A stretch of 62,964 bases of DNA, counting the filler, from Bigelowiella natans CCMP2755 (lineage: Eukaryota; Protista; Cercozoa): the NCBI GenBank assembly GCA_000320545.1. It is 6 parts of 6 records of this genome, joined end to end, with 100 filler letters (N's around TTAATTAATTAA, not from the genome) between each part and the next. Parts side by side here need not be neighbours in the genome. Positions count along the whole stretch, not along the records: positions 8,865 to 14,881 come from ADNK01002929.1; positions 14,982 to 31,670 come from ADNK01002606.1; 4 more parts are not named here. One strand, written 5' to 3'. A program made the translations under genes and the position numbers. Below are positions 14,207 to 26,067 of this stretch, in pieces (the first letter of the stretch is position 1; the number at the start of each line of letters is the position of its first letter). The notes under the pieces were generated by a model. The model made no database searches. It had not been told where the DNA came from and saw only the letters and a program-made list of their open reading frames with translations.

Positions 14207-14546
14207 CACGTGAATATATTATAGACTTGAATATTTTCGCATCTCATCCTTCTACGTACTATCTCCTTTCAAAAATAGGGTCCAGGAGCTGGAGAAGGGA
14301 AATGTTGAAGAGAAAGATTTTATTACCATCTACACCGCAGACCAACTGAAGAAACTTGTCTTTTCCCAAATAGACAAGGATAAGGATGGGATTCTGAGCA
14401 AGGAAGAATTTGTCGCCTACTTCATGGATATCCTCGGTGCTCCGCAAGGCGCAATCGAGGGATTATTTGATGGCATGGATCGAAATAACGACCAGGTGCT
14501 TGATTTTGAGGAGTTTATAGTGTTTTGGAACATGACCAAATCGTAG
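13077..14546 (+). CDS. ZZ-type zinc finger plus two EF-hand protein
   Basis: Exons read [10 protein letters not shown]..|[11 protein letters not shown]..|[10 protein letters not shown]..|[46 protein letters not shown]|[37 protein letters not shown]. Two EF-hand loops and a ZZ-like Cys pattern are present. Confidence 0.72.
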
Positions 14547-14881
14547 GTATGAAAGGCATGCATGGACCTTGTCAACTCGTTCTGTTTATTATAACATTGC
14601 AAACCTCGTTGCCTACTACTATCACTACTGCGTGTGTTGAACACATGTGCGCATGCTCTTCTCACGGCTTCATAGATGAAGACGAAGGGAACTTTGCTCC
14701 GTCAATTAGCACATCAATGAGCGCGCCACTCATGCTGAATCATCGTTGCCTATCAGAAAACAAGCGCTTCGTGCACGTGTGAGCGAGGCATGACATGCAC
14801 ATTGTAATGAGATGCGATTTTGTCACTAAGTGGACATGTGTTTGGCGACAAACATCAGCCGTCATCAGCATTTTAGATCAT

Positions 14882-14981
14882 NNNNNNNNNNNNNNNNNNN
14901 NNNNNNNNNNNNNNNNNNNNNNNNNTTAATTAATTAANNNNNNNNNNNNNNNNNNNNNNNNNNNNNNNNNNNNNNNNNNNN
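14882..14981. other. Artificial contig linker
   Basis: 44N-TTAATTAATTAA-44N. Confidence 0.97.
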
Positions 14982-15125
14982 TCTCCCTCTACCCTCACCT
15001 CGATGCGCGACAGAAACGTGCACACTTCCCATAAGATCCTCAAGACTTGGCAAGGAGAACCCTACGGATATTGGTCAATGTTGTAAATTTGCTGCTTCTG
15101 ACTTTAGCCGATGCAAATGCACTCG

Positions 15126-15220
<95 letters not shown>

Positions 15221-15361
15221 GCGAATGCATTTGCATCGGCTAAATCAGAAGCAGCAAAATTACAACATTGACCAATATCGTAGGTTCTCCTTGCAAGTTC
15301 TTGAGGATCTTATGGGAAGTGTGCACGTTCTGTCGCGCATCGAGGTGAGGGTAGAGGGAGA
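14982..15361. repeat. ~380-bp imperfect palindrome centred on a (CA)n(TA)n(TG)n microsatellite
   Basis: 14982-~15125 is the reverse complement of ~15220-15361, with scattered 1-nt indels. Confidence 0.9.
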
Positions 15362-16695
15362 TGATTCATGGGGGAAATAATAGCTGCGGGATGGAGTATG
15401 CCTCTCTCTGCGTGTGTCCTCTTTTACATTATAACTCAGTACTGGTTGCTGCCCATTCTGCAAACAACTTCCTTTCTCCAATTTACCAATTATTTTGTGA
15501 ATATTCACCATCGAAGTCTAATTTCGATATTCCTGAGCTGTAACGCAACTATCAGGTATATTCTGGACTGCGCCCAGCCCTCACGAGGATATTCAACTTG
15601 TTGCGCCCGCCATCGTCGCTTGCATCATCGTCGTCATCAGCTCTCTATCAACAAGATATTGTTGCGGGAGTGTTGCGGGTGGCGACTGCTTTTCTTCGAT
15701 CTTCCGCCTTGAAAACGGTAATAGAAAAGATATAATTCTTAGGAGTATCTACAAGAGCAATGTTACGTTCGCTCTTCAATATACCATATGATACATCTGC
15801 CTGTAACAATTTACCCAAGAAAGGAGGCAAGATGTTTGAGGACTAAAGAGATGGCTAATATCTATATTACAAGATCGCTAATTGAATTCTGCACCCCCTT
15901 CCCCCTCCAGGTGATGTTCTCGGTGATTGCGCTAGAGGTGCCGGAGCTGTTTTGGGGGACAATTAAATCGATCATCCTTGGAGATTTGCCCCCTCCCCAC
16001 CTTTCCTCCACCACCTCAGCCTCCCCTTCCCTCCTCCGGTTGGCTCTCCACTTCCTCATGGAAACCACTTCTACCTTCAGCTCCTCGTTCCATCATCGGG
16101 ATACTGGTTTTCACTCCAGATTATGCCGCTTCGCCAACGATCCCGAGATCGTTGAGAGACTCTTTGACCTCGCTGTGGCATCCACACCATCGTCATCATC
16201 AATATCGAGACAGAATGCGGGCGGCAATGAAGAGGAGAGTAAATTAAGAGACAGTCGTGGAGGTTGGGAGGGGGAGGAAGAGGAAGAAGAGCAGGAGGCT
16301 GTTGCTGCAAAAGCTGCCGATGCGTTAATGGGTCTGTGTGACTTGCCGTACCCGAAGATGAGGGAGGGCATGGGGGGTGGAGAGGAGGAAAAGCAAGAAG
16401 CGCAGGCGGGGGGAGAAGAGGAGTGCCCTGAGTGCTTGGCATCATTGGCCCGTGAAGGGAGGCTTAGGCAGCTATCTGAAGGTGAAGTGAGATGGGTATA
16501 TTTGGAAAGATATAGTAGTAATGATAATGATTATTGAGTGGTTTATTGATAATTTGGTGCTTGGTTGTGGTAGCTACGATCGTCGCACTGGCTCGTAAAA
16601 CAAATTCCGCCCTCTCCCTCGCCGCGCTGCTGCTGCGCGCGTGTGCGGGCGATACGGATGCGGAAAGCGTTGCGTTGCTACTCGAACAGGTATTG

Positions 16696-16740
<45 letters not shown>

Positions 16741-17447
16741 TATACACAAGCACATGTATGTATCTACGATAATAAAACTACAGGCCATTCTTGCAGCACT
16801 CTCTGCTGCGAAATTTTCGTTCATATTGTATAGATGGGTAGTATTCGTCATCGCCCCCTCTCCCTCTGTCATTACCTTTCCAATCAACAACTGGGATGGC
16901 AAAGTTTCATAGACAGGCGAGATTCGGCTATTGTTGTGATTTTATTCAGTATAAATTATTATTTCTTCCAGGACACGTCCATCCCAGCTCTCATAGCTCG
17001 GGGGTTGTGTGAAGGCCGACCGGCAGCAATGCGTTTTCTCCATTTTAGTGCTCTCCGCACGGCCTCTCCTAATGATTGGTGGAGGATCTTGAAAGTAGTA
17101 GTAGTAGTAGTAGTAGTAGCTTTATAGCAGGAAAAAGTTTCTCCCTCGATGTCCATTAATAGTTTTCCCATATTTTTGGTATCTTGTTAACTGTGATACA
17201 TTCCTACCTATCCCTTTCATTTCTCGTGATTCCTTTTTCTCCCTTCTCATGTTCTGTCTTGGCAATGGCTACAGAACTACGGCGATTTAGATCCCACCAA
17301 AGGATTTCTCGAAGCATCCACGCGTATTCTGAAGAAGCAGAGAGACTCATTTCAGGTACTGTCACATCCTTTGTAGTAAGAAGTAGTAGGAGGTGAAGGA
17401 AAATTCTTCCTTCTACTAATGTAGGAGCATCGCAACAATATAACTGC

Positions 17448-17494
<47 letters not shown>

Positions 17495-19012
17495 GCGGTT
17501 GTTTCTAGCGTTGTTGTCAGTCGTTCATGTTCTCTTTTTATTGCTCGTAGAATGAAGCAGCTGCGGCCAGAGCGCGGGACATGCGAAGGGAGAGGGAGTT
17601 AGAGTCTATTAGGGTGGCCATGGCGACTGCGGAGGCTGTTGCGCTGGAAAAACAGAACGAGCTCGATAACGTAATATCAGGGCTACATCTACGCCAATAG
17701 CCTTTGCTACCCGCATTCCTGATCATCATCATTACTATCATCGCTTATCAATTAGTAAAATATAGTATTTACTGCTTCCGCCTCCTCTAACTATTACCAT
17801 TACTATTATTGCTCTGCACCACAGCTGAAACGCAGCTTTGAAAGGGCTGAGAAATCTCACGAGGAAGAGAAAAGAATTTTGCAGCAGCGCCTCGAGGAGG
17901 CACGTGAGAGCAACTCTAAGCTACGAGAGGCCAAATCGCGTCATGAGCAAGATCTCAGAACCTTGAAATCAGTCCTAGATCGTGCTAAGAACGACAGGCG
18001 CATAGCGCGCGTGGAGGCCAATGAAGCCCATGATAAGACCGAGCATATGAAACGTGTGTTACAAAACCATGTTCAGCAGAAACTAGAGCTAGAGACTGCC
18101 AAAGGAACGATCGAGGTTGAGGCACGTCGGCTTAAGAGCATCGCCAAAGCGCTAGAAGGCAAGTTGCAGAAAAAAGAGGAGGCCGTCTCCGAGCTCTCCA
18201 AGGCTGTGGAGCGCAGCGCCGAGGAGGGACGATTCGCTATCAAGAAGTTGGTGATTGTATCTAAAGCATACGAAGAGAAGGAGGAGGAGTGCCTCCAGGC
18301 TACTCAGCAAGCTCGCGATGCACAGCAGGCCATGGTAGCAAGTCAGAATGAAGCACGTACGTATCGCATGAAGGTAAAAAAGGCAGCTTTGGCCCAAGAG
18401 GCTGCGGAGCAACGTGCCGTGTTGGCTGAGGAGGGGAGGACGCGGGCGGAGGAAATAGCAAGGAAGATCGAGGATGATCTGCAGCGTGCACAACGAGAAT
18501 CCTTGGAGGAGATCAGTCAAATCAAACGTGCGATGGAGAAGGAGGTGGAGAGCGTACGGCAAGTTAGCGAGAAGAGAGAGCAGGAATTGTCTGAGCAGAT
18601 GCAGAGACTGAAGGGTGAGATAGAAGGGCGGGATCAGAGGCTATGTGATATGGAGGGTGTACTTCAGGCGCAGGAAAGCGAAATACAACAGCATCAGGCC
18701 ATTGCATCTATGCTACAGAAGCTTAGTAGCAAGGCGACAGGGGTCATAAATAGGAGACGCGATGGAACATTGGATGAGGAAGACGGAAAATCGCAGCTAG
18801 CAGTAGACAAGGAAAACGACGCACCGAGGTCTGGTAGTAATCCAAGAACGCCGAAGAAGCGGGTAAACAGTAGAATCGTAGGGCGTGTTACTCCGCGGGT
18901 GACTCCACGGTCTTCGACGAAGAAAGGAAAAACAACAATGTCACATAAGACTAAACGTAGCAGTGCCAACGTTCCTACAAGACGCGCCTTGAAGACAATA
19001 ACGAATGGTTAA
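15283..19012 (+). CDS. Protein with a helical N-terminal region and long coiled-coil C-terminus, possibly CIP2A-like; 5' end truncated
   Basis: Several GT-AG exons (FSLQVLEDLMGSVHVLSRIE; 15911-~16495; 16977-17093 and others) lead into a large final exon (~17825-19012) of heptad coiled coil. The coil ends in EIQQHQAIASMLQKLS, followed by KEN and RRALKTITN. Confidence 0.7.
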
Positions 19013-19149
19013 ATGAGTAAAATATTGCATAGAATAAATGTAAATATCTGTGTATTTTCTGCAATAATTAATAGAATATCTCGCTCGATCACGCTGGCGA
19101 TGAAAACGCATCCCAACAAAGATGAACATGCGTTGAACACTCAATTAAA

Positions 19150-20230
19150 GATGCAGAGCCATGCTGCACCCTAGCTACATGCATTGATGTTTTCTGAATT
19201 TTTGCTCGATTGCGCGCAGCATGCTAGTGTGCAGTGTCGTGACTATCTAGCTAGCTAGCTAGATCGAGAGGTGTGGCGCTCACCAGCCCGGCTCTGGGGC
19301 TACTAAACTAGCTAGCTAGATAGAGACACATGCATCTCCAGATCTAGTGACATGCAGAAAGATACTGCATTGCGTCAAGCTAGCTAGGCAGCAACGTTTA
19401 AAGGCAGCGCCACGATTGGAGCGTCAGAGCAAGCTAGCGGGCTCAGCTCTCTGCTAGCTAGCTCTCAAGCTAGTCTAGTTCTGCTGTCTAGCTGTGCCCA
19501 TCTAGCAGCCATCTAGCTAGCTAGCATGTCTACTAATCTAGATGCACTTGTGCAGCATATCGCATGCTAGCAAGCTAGCAAGGCTAGATGGGCAGGCTAG
19601 CAGGCCATCATTAGCAGGCGCGCTAGCTCAGAGCTCCAACCATTCTGGCATTCTAGCGAATCGCCTTTTCCAGTTTTGGATCATCACACAACGCTGTAGG
19701 TAGATTCATCACACATCGACCCCCCTGCACAATCTAGCCTCCACTAGTCCACCCTTGCTGGCTGGCTAGCTCCAGAGCTGGCTAGCACCTTCAGCTAGCT
19801 AGCCTGCCCTGGCTAGCTGCAGCCAGTCTGGCAGTCCTGCTAGCCAAGCTGCTCCAGCTAGCTAGCTAGCCTGCTAGCCTGTCTAGCTGTGTGAACGTGT
19901 AGCGCCACCCACACACCCACTCACATCTACTAAACGTCTGCTAGGTGTGGCTCACCAGACTGATCGCTCTGTCTCTGAACTTTGTGTTCTCGTGATCGAT
20001 GTGTGCACGCCGGTTGCACTGCATGGAAAGTCGCGAAAAAACTCGTGTGCGCTAGAACATCCATGCTAGCATGTGATGCGCTTGGATGAATGAATGTTGT
20101 GAATGAATGAAGAGGTTCCACAGGAGCATGAGCGGTTGAAAGGATCACAGGTCGCACGCTGGCTGCAGACGCTTTCACACAAAATGAAGTGCCACTGAGC
20201 TGAATGCCACATTGCCTCTAAAAACACGAT
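19150..20230. repeat. CTAG/GCTAGC-rich, otherwise TpA-depleted degenerate repeat block
   Basis: Dense ctagctag words, with most TA in CTA/TAG context; no credible ORF. Confidence 0.65.
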
Positions 20231-20358
20231 GCGGTTTTCAGTCTACTACTATTAAAACTACTTCATCTATTTGAGCTTGTCGCACACATAAAGACGGCCT
20301 GTATGTCTGGCTATACCCGCACAACAAACAACAACAACAACAACAACAGCATCCGAAG

Positions 20359-22043
20359 ATGATGATGGTGATGAGGCCGTTGTGCAGACGATCTATCGGC
20401 AAGAAGACATGCCCAAGGAAAAGACTGCGTGTTACATTTGACAGAAGTGGCCAGGTATGTGTGTCGTGTGTGTGTTGGTGTGTGTGTGTGTGTGTAGGTG
20501 TTTCAGATAGTAATGTGTTTATGTGTGTTTGTGTGATTGGTCTTTTAGATGACAACTGCAGCGGAATTTGGTGATGGCTGCAAGTTTTTTAGCATCCAGA
20601 GCTTCACTAAGTCCTTCACACAACAAAGTAAGTCTACACAAACAGCATCAATGCGCATACCATACACAGGGTGGCTCTAAGCGTCCAAAGGACACTTTTT
20701 TCCCTGCACCATATTCTGATGCTACAAACAAATCTCTGCTTTGAGCCCACAAATAGCCATCAACCCATCAAGGAAAACCACAAAATACTATAAGCGCCCT
20801 GGTGGTGTCATACACAGGACCGATAGGAGACCCTGCCGTTGCAGCAGCCGTCGACACTCTCCGTTCAGGGCGCCTACATCGGTATAACGTAGAAGATGAC
20901 GGGATGTCCCAGGTCGCAAGCTTCGAAAGAGAATACGCCAGCTACCAAGGTGCACGCTACTGCGTGGCCGTGTCTTCTGGGGGACAGGCTATTCAGATAG
21001 CTCTCCGCGCAGCCGGGGTTAGCCCAGGCGATCGTGTCCTGGCGAATGCGTTCACATTGGCTCCCGTGCCGGGTGCAATCCACGCCGTAGGGGGAGAAGC
21101 TATGCTCGTGGGCATTACCCAGGACTTCGTCACGGATCTGGGCGATCTGGAATCGAAGGCCAAGTCCAGCGGCGCGAAGTATTTCCTTCTGAGCCATATG
21201 CGGGGCCACATAGCCGACATGGACGCGATAGTTGATTTGTGCAAGAGGCATAGCATCACGCTGGTGGAAGATTGCGCCCACACCATGGGTGCAAGGTGGG
21301 ATGGGACTCCTTCGGGCAATCACGGGAAGGTTGCGTGTTTCTCGACACAGACGTACAAGCATATAAACTCGGGAGAGGGTGGCATTCTCACAACAAATGA
21401 TTCGGAGCTGGCCGCGAGGGCCGTGATAATGTCCGGCTCTTACATGCTCTACGAGCGTCACGGCGCCGCTCCTTTACCGAACGAGTTTGATTACAACAGA
21501 GTCAAGTATGACATGCCAAACCTGAGCTGTCGAATGGACAACCTTCGTGCAGCTATACTTCGGCCCCAGCTTAGAGAACTGGACTCTCAGGTCTTGCAGT
21601 GGAACGAGCTTTACGGTGCGGTTGAGAAGGAGTTGCGTGAGGTTTCAAACATCAGAATGCCTGAGAGGGATGCCAGGGAGGAGCATGTCGGAAGTTCGAT
21701 ACAGTTTTCATTGATCCCAAGAAGCAACAGTAATGTGCTAGTGGATAGTAAGGAGGAGGAGGAGGAGGAGTCCATCAGGAACGTGAATGCATTCGTTGAA
21801 CGATGCGCAAAGAGAGGGGTTGATGTGAAATGGTTCGGTCATGCTGAGCCCCATGGCTTCACAAGTAGGTTTGACAGTTGGAGATACATCAAGAACGGAA
21901 GCAACAAGCTAGCTAATCTGCAAGGCACGCAGGCAGTGCTCTCAACCATGTGTGACGTCAGGCTTCCGCTCACATTCACGATCGACGATGCAAGCTGCAT
22001 CGGTGGCATAATCCGGGAAGAAGCCAGCGCTTGCGCTTATTAA
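20359..22043 (+). CDS. DegT/DnrJ/EryC1/StrS PLP-dependent aminotransferase, bacterial type; exons 20359-20454, 20549-20627, 20818-22043
   Basis: Motifs VSSGGQA, HMRG, LVEDCAHTMGA and STQTYKHINSGEGG (PLP lysine). Splicing restores FTKSFTQQRPIGDPAVAAAVDTLRSGRLHRYN, and both GT-AG introns keep the frame. Confidence 0.92.
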
Positions 22044-22079
22044 TTGTGTTGGCATTTGCGCATTTAATGATATGCGGCG

Positions 22080-22800
22080 TTGATAAGAACTTCCACAACA
22101 TCTTCTAGCTAGACATGCAGTACGTCTGTTGATGTGGTCTCTGCTGACTTTTATGAACTTGCTAGCTTGACGTGAGTATAGCGTCGCAAATGAAGATTAT
22201 GTAGCACAATTGCATCTCTCTAGGCCTAGCTAGCTAGCAAATCTAGATGTGCAGCACTACACTATAACACTAGCTACGCCTACTCGCCGTAGAAATAAAT
22301 GCACACACGCTCTAGCTAGCTAGGCCTCTAGACATGCTAGCATGATCTGGCTAGCTAGGTGCGTATATACACTAGTACACATACAGAGGTCATAAGATTA
22401 TGCTCGCGTAATAACACATATATTTGGACGCATATGATCTCTAGATCTATATAATATCTTAGATATGACCGTTTTGATGTCGTAGTTCGTAAGCTGCATA
22501 TTTATACGGATAATATGCGTCTAAGTGTGTCTTGTCTAACAATCTAGGTTGAAACCATGTATCTAGATATCCATGTGTACATGCAGTAGACATGTGATGT
22601 GGGCCGTGCAATACACGATACTACTAGCCCTAGGCAAGAAAGTGACAAGAGATATGCAGATATTGTGCTAGAAGGCATCAGTGTGTGAGGTCACGCCGAA
22701 TTAGAATCTGTCACTTTCATTACCAACCAACATGAGCAAATGCACTCGCTATATTTGCGGCGCTAGCTTGTATTATCATTTGGCTATATGTCACCACCGT
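22080..22800. repeat. CTAG-rich degenerate repeat, only partly TpA-depleted
   Basis: Enriched in ctag/catg, but many TATA/TAC words remain. Confidence 0.45.
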
Positions 22801-22845
22801 TAAGTAGATTTAGAAGTGTCGGAACAGTATGGACGTCCAGCATCG

Positions 22846-24011
22846 TTATCTTTCAATATTAGTATTATCCGGCTTCGACGTTGTCGTCGACGTAGAAAGA
22901 GGCGTTTCAAAACTATCGATTTTTGATGATGCCCATGGCCTGAAAATACACAGCACAACAAGATGATTGGAATGTATGGAGAAAATGAAATGCATCACAA
23001 CACATCCTGACGATCTCTTCACAAAATTAAGAAAGAAAAACTTGAGCATGGGAAGGGGATTAAACAACACAATTTAAGCCACAAAAGCAGGAAATGAGTG
23101 AAAAAGCTCGCTCTTCCTACGATCCGCATACGCATAGAAGCTACTAATCATACTCTGCTTGTACTACTACCTACTACTACTACTACAACTGATACTACTA
23201 CTACCATCACGACAATGATGACGGGGATGATAATGACAACTGTTCATAGAAGTTAGTACCCTAAGAGACTATAAAAAAGCTCGTCGAACTGATTCCTTGA
23301 CGATATCTCCATTGCGTTCCAGAAGTGTACACTGGTGGTAATGGTGGTGCGCAAATGCATGCGCAATGACCGAAAAAGTTAGCAATACGGTGGCACGATC
23401 GTAACGGTTTATGTAGTTCCAGGCATTAAATCGAGCACTGAGGCTTGTTGTATATTAAGTATTCTTCGCTCGATGTGATGGTGGCCATATACAAACACGC
23501 CCTCTCTACTACTCTGCTATACCCACCTCACGTGCTTGGAGTTGGCATGAAATCCATCCTTAACATTCCACACCTGGCAACAACCGCAACATCATTTTCA
23601 CTTTCGTAAACACGGAATAAGACGTAAGATCATGCACTACGAATGCGTGCTGCTTCTAATTCCTCCTTCTTAAATCTTTACTACAGCACCACTCCTTTCA
23701 ATGATTCAACGACCTCCTCAACGCCATGAGTTCCAATAAACCCGATCTTAGCTCCGTGCTAATGACAATGAGAGCGCAGGAGGAGGATTCATAAAGAATA
23801 TATTAGAGGAAGAAAGGGCAATTCTTCGGGCTGTTGCGACAGCAAAACAACACCTTCTTTGCGAGCTTGAAGGCACCTGGGAAAGCCTGGGGATGACAAG
23901 AAGAAATACAAGAAGAGGAGAACAGAAGAAGAAGAAGAAGAAGAGTGTAAGAATCAATGCCATGAAACACACGTGGAGGGGAATATTAGTAACATAAACA
24001 AGACGTGCAGA

Positions 24012-24043
<32 letters not shown>

Positions 24044-24785
24044 ATGTACACTCTTCAAACCTCCAATTTACCTTTGCCAGCGTAGGGGCATCAGTGTTTC
24101 TACGGCCTTAAAAACGAATGGTATTACATTATCATTTCATTATTCTAACCGACAAAGAGAAGCCATAAATGACAATCGTCAAAACAAATTGACATACAGT
24201 GACTTGTCAGCACCCTCCTCCTTCTCATCATCATCATGATACAGTGTCTATGACCTTCAGGAAGTATAGCAACGTCAAATCCATCCTTTATCGCCTTATC
24301 CATTGCTCGATTCATGCTCTTAAAATTGTGGAAGAAGAAGATAAGAGCCATCATGGCTATCATCATCAACAACAAGAAAAACACAGCACACAGTGATAAC
24401 TATCCGGCACGAATCTCGCTGATAATAACGATAACAACGATGACTTCACATAAAATCTACTACCACCAGCTACTGACAAAACAAGTATTGCTACTTATAG
24501 TGGTAGTAGCAGCAGTAGTGGTAGTAGCAGAAGTTGTAGTAGTAGTAGTAGTAGTACCTTCAGACTTTGTAGTAGGTACTTATTATCGACTTCGAAGCTA
24601 ATAGCAATAAACACACGGAAATTGGATGGGCTGTGACATGCAGCGATACACTCACACACTCACACACACACACACAGAGAGAGAGGGAGAGATCATATAC
24701 ACATCAGTAATAGCAGCACCACGTAGTACCCTGTATCTTCCATCGAAACTGGGATCATACCACTTGTACGGAGAAACCGGCTGAA

Positions 24786-24820
<35 letters not shown>

Positions 24821-24902
24821 GATGATACTACATCCACGCTCAGAGACTGGATGCTAGTAGCATCCAACACAAAAGGATGGGTTGGAAAAGCCAGGCGGCA
24901 CG

Positions 24903-24943
<41 letters not shown>

Positions 24944-26026
24944 GGTGTGCGTGCAAAAGAATGCTACACTTCTATTGCTCTCTCCTTATACAGCATGCAA
25001 TCACCTAAGCACAGGGTACTCATTCAGCTTATCCCAATACAGGAACTTTATCGGCCGTTTCTTGCCTGGGCAATCATCATCGTCAGCATCAGCATCATCT
25101 TCATAACTGTGTAATTTTTGGTAGCGGCGTGAAAGCACTACCGATATCTAGCCGGCCCTCCAGGATGAGAAAGACTAACAAATCAAGCTCAGAAACGTGA
25201 TTTGCGACCCACACCTGAGGTTGATTGTTCATTCGGTCTATCAGAGAAATGGAAAATACATGTGATCAATTATCGGTGGTAAAATCGGTGATGTTTCCGC
25301 CACTGCAGATTGGTCCTCTCATCTTGCTTCAAACTCGGCCAATTTAAGCATCAGAATGGTAACAGCATTGAAGAAGTGTGATGAGAAGTTTTCAGCATGT
25401 TCGATCCCCCTGATCCCCCCCCCGCCAGTTCCTCATGGTGGAGCTTACTGTGGGCGTATTTTCTCGTTGAATATGCTCTGCACCGGACACTTCAATATTG
25501 ATGAAAGGGAATATCGGTAGTACCCTTGAAAAGGGGGGGGGGGGGGCAGGGTAAGTGAGAAGATTCACGCACACACGCAGACACACAACACACAACAAAC
25601 ACAGCACACAAGAATATTCCATACGTATGAATAGAGATGGGCATTAATGAGCCGCACATGCACGATTTTTCGTCAACCTATCCGCTAAGAGGCCAATGAA
25701 ACGAGCGATCTTTCCTTCCACTTCCTTCTCTAACGATGCGGAATGACGGTAGTGATAAATGCGAAGATGGTGAAGAGGGCGGTGATGATGATGATTATAA
25801 TGAGGGTGATGATGATGAGGATGATGAGAATAAAAGCATAAATCTTACTACATATGAACATAATCTACAATGTATTGTCTGCTGTGTATATTATTATACT
25901 TTGAAGTATCTTGAGCGACCCCGCAGCTTCCATGAGTAAACACGCAGTATAGGCTATAGAGACGAAACATACGCCATACGCTGCAGCCTTTTTTGGTCAA
26001 TGATATAGAGAAGGAAGGTGACGAAG

Positions 26027-26067
<41 letters not shown>

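Noticed and set aside
19150-20230. CpG-methylation decay or classical RIP as the cause of the CA/TG excess
   Set aside because: CpG stays common in the clearest blocks (36.7-37.0 kb, 39.7-40.6 kb) and TpA is depleted, whereas RIP would raise it.
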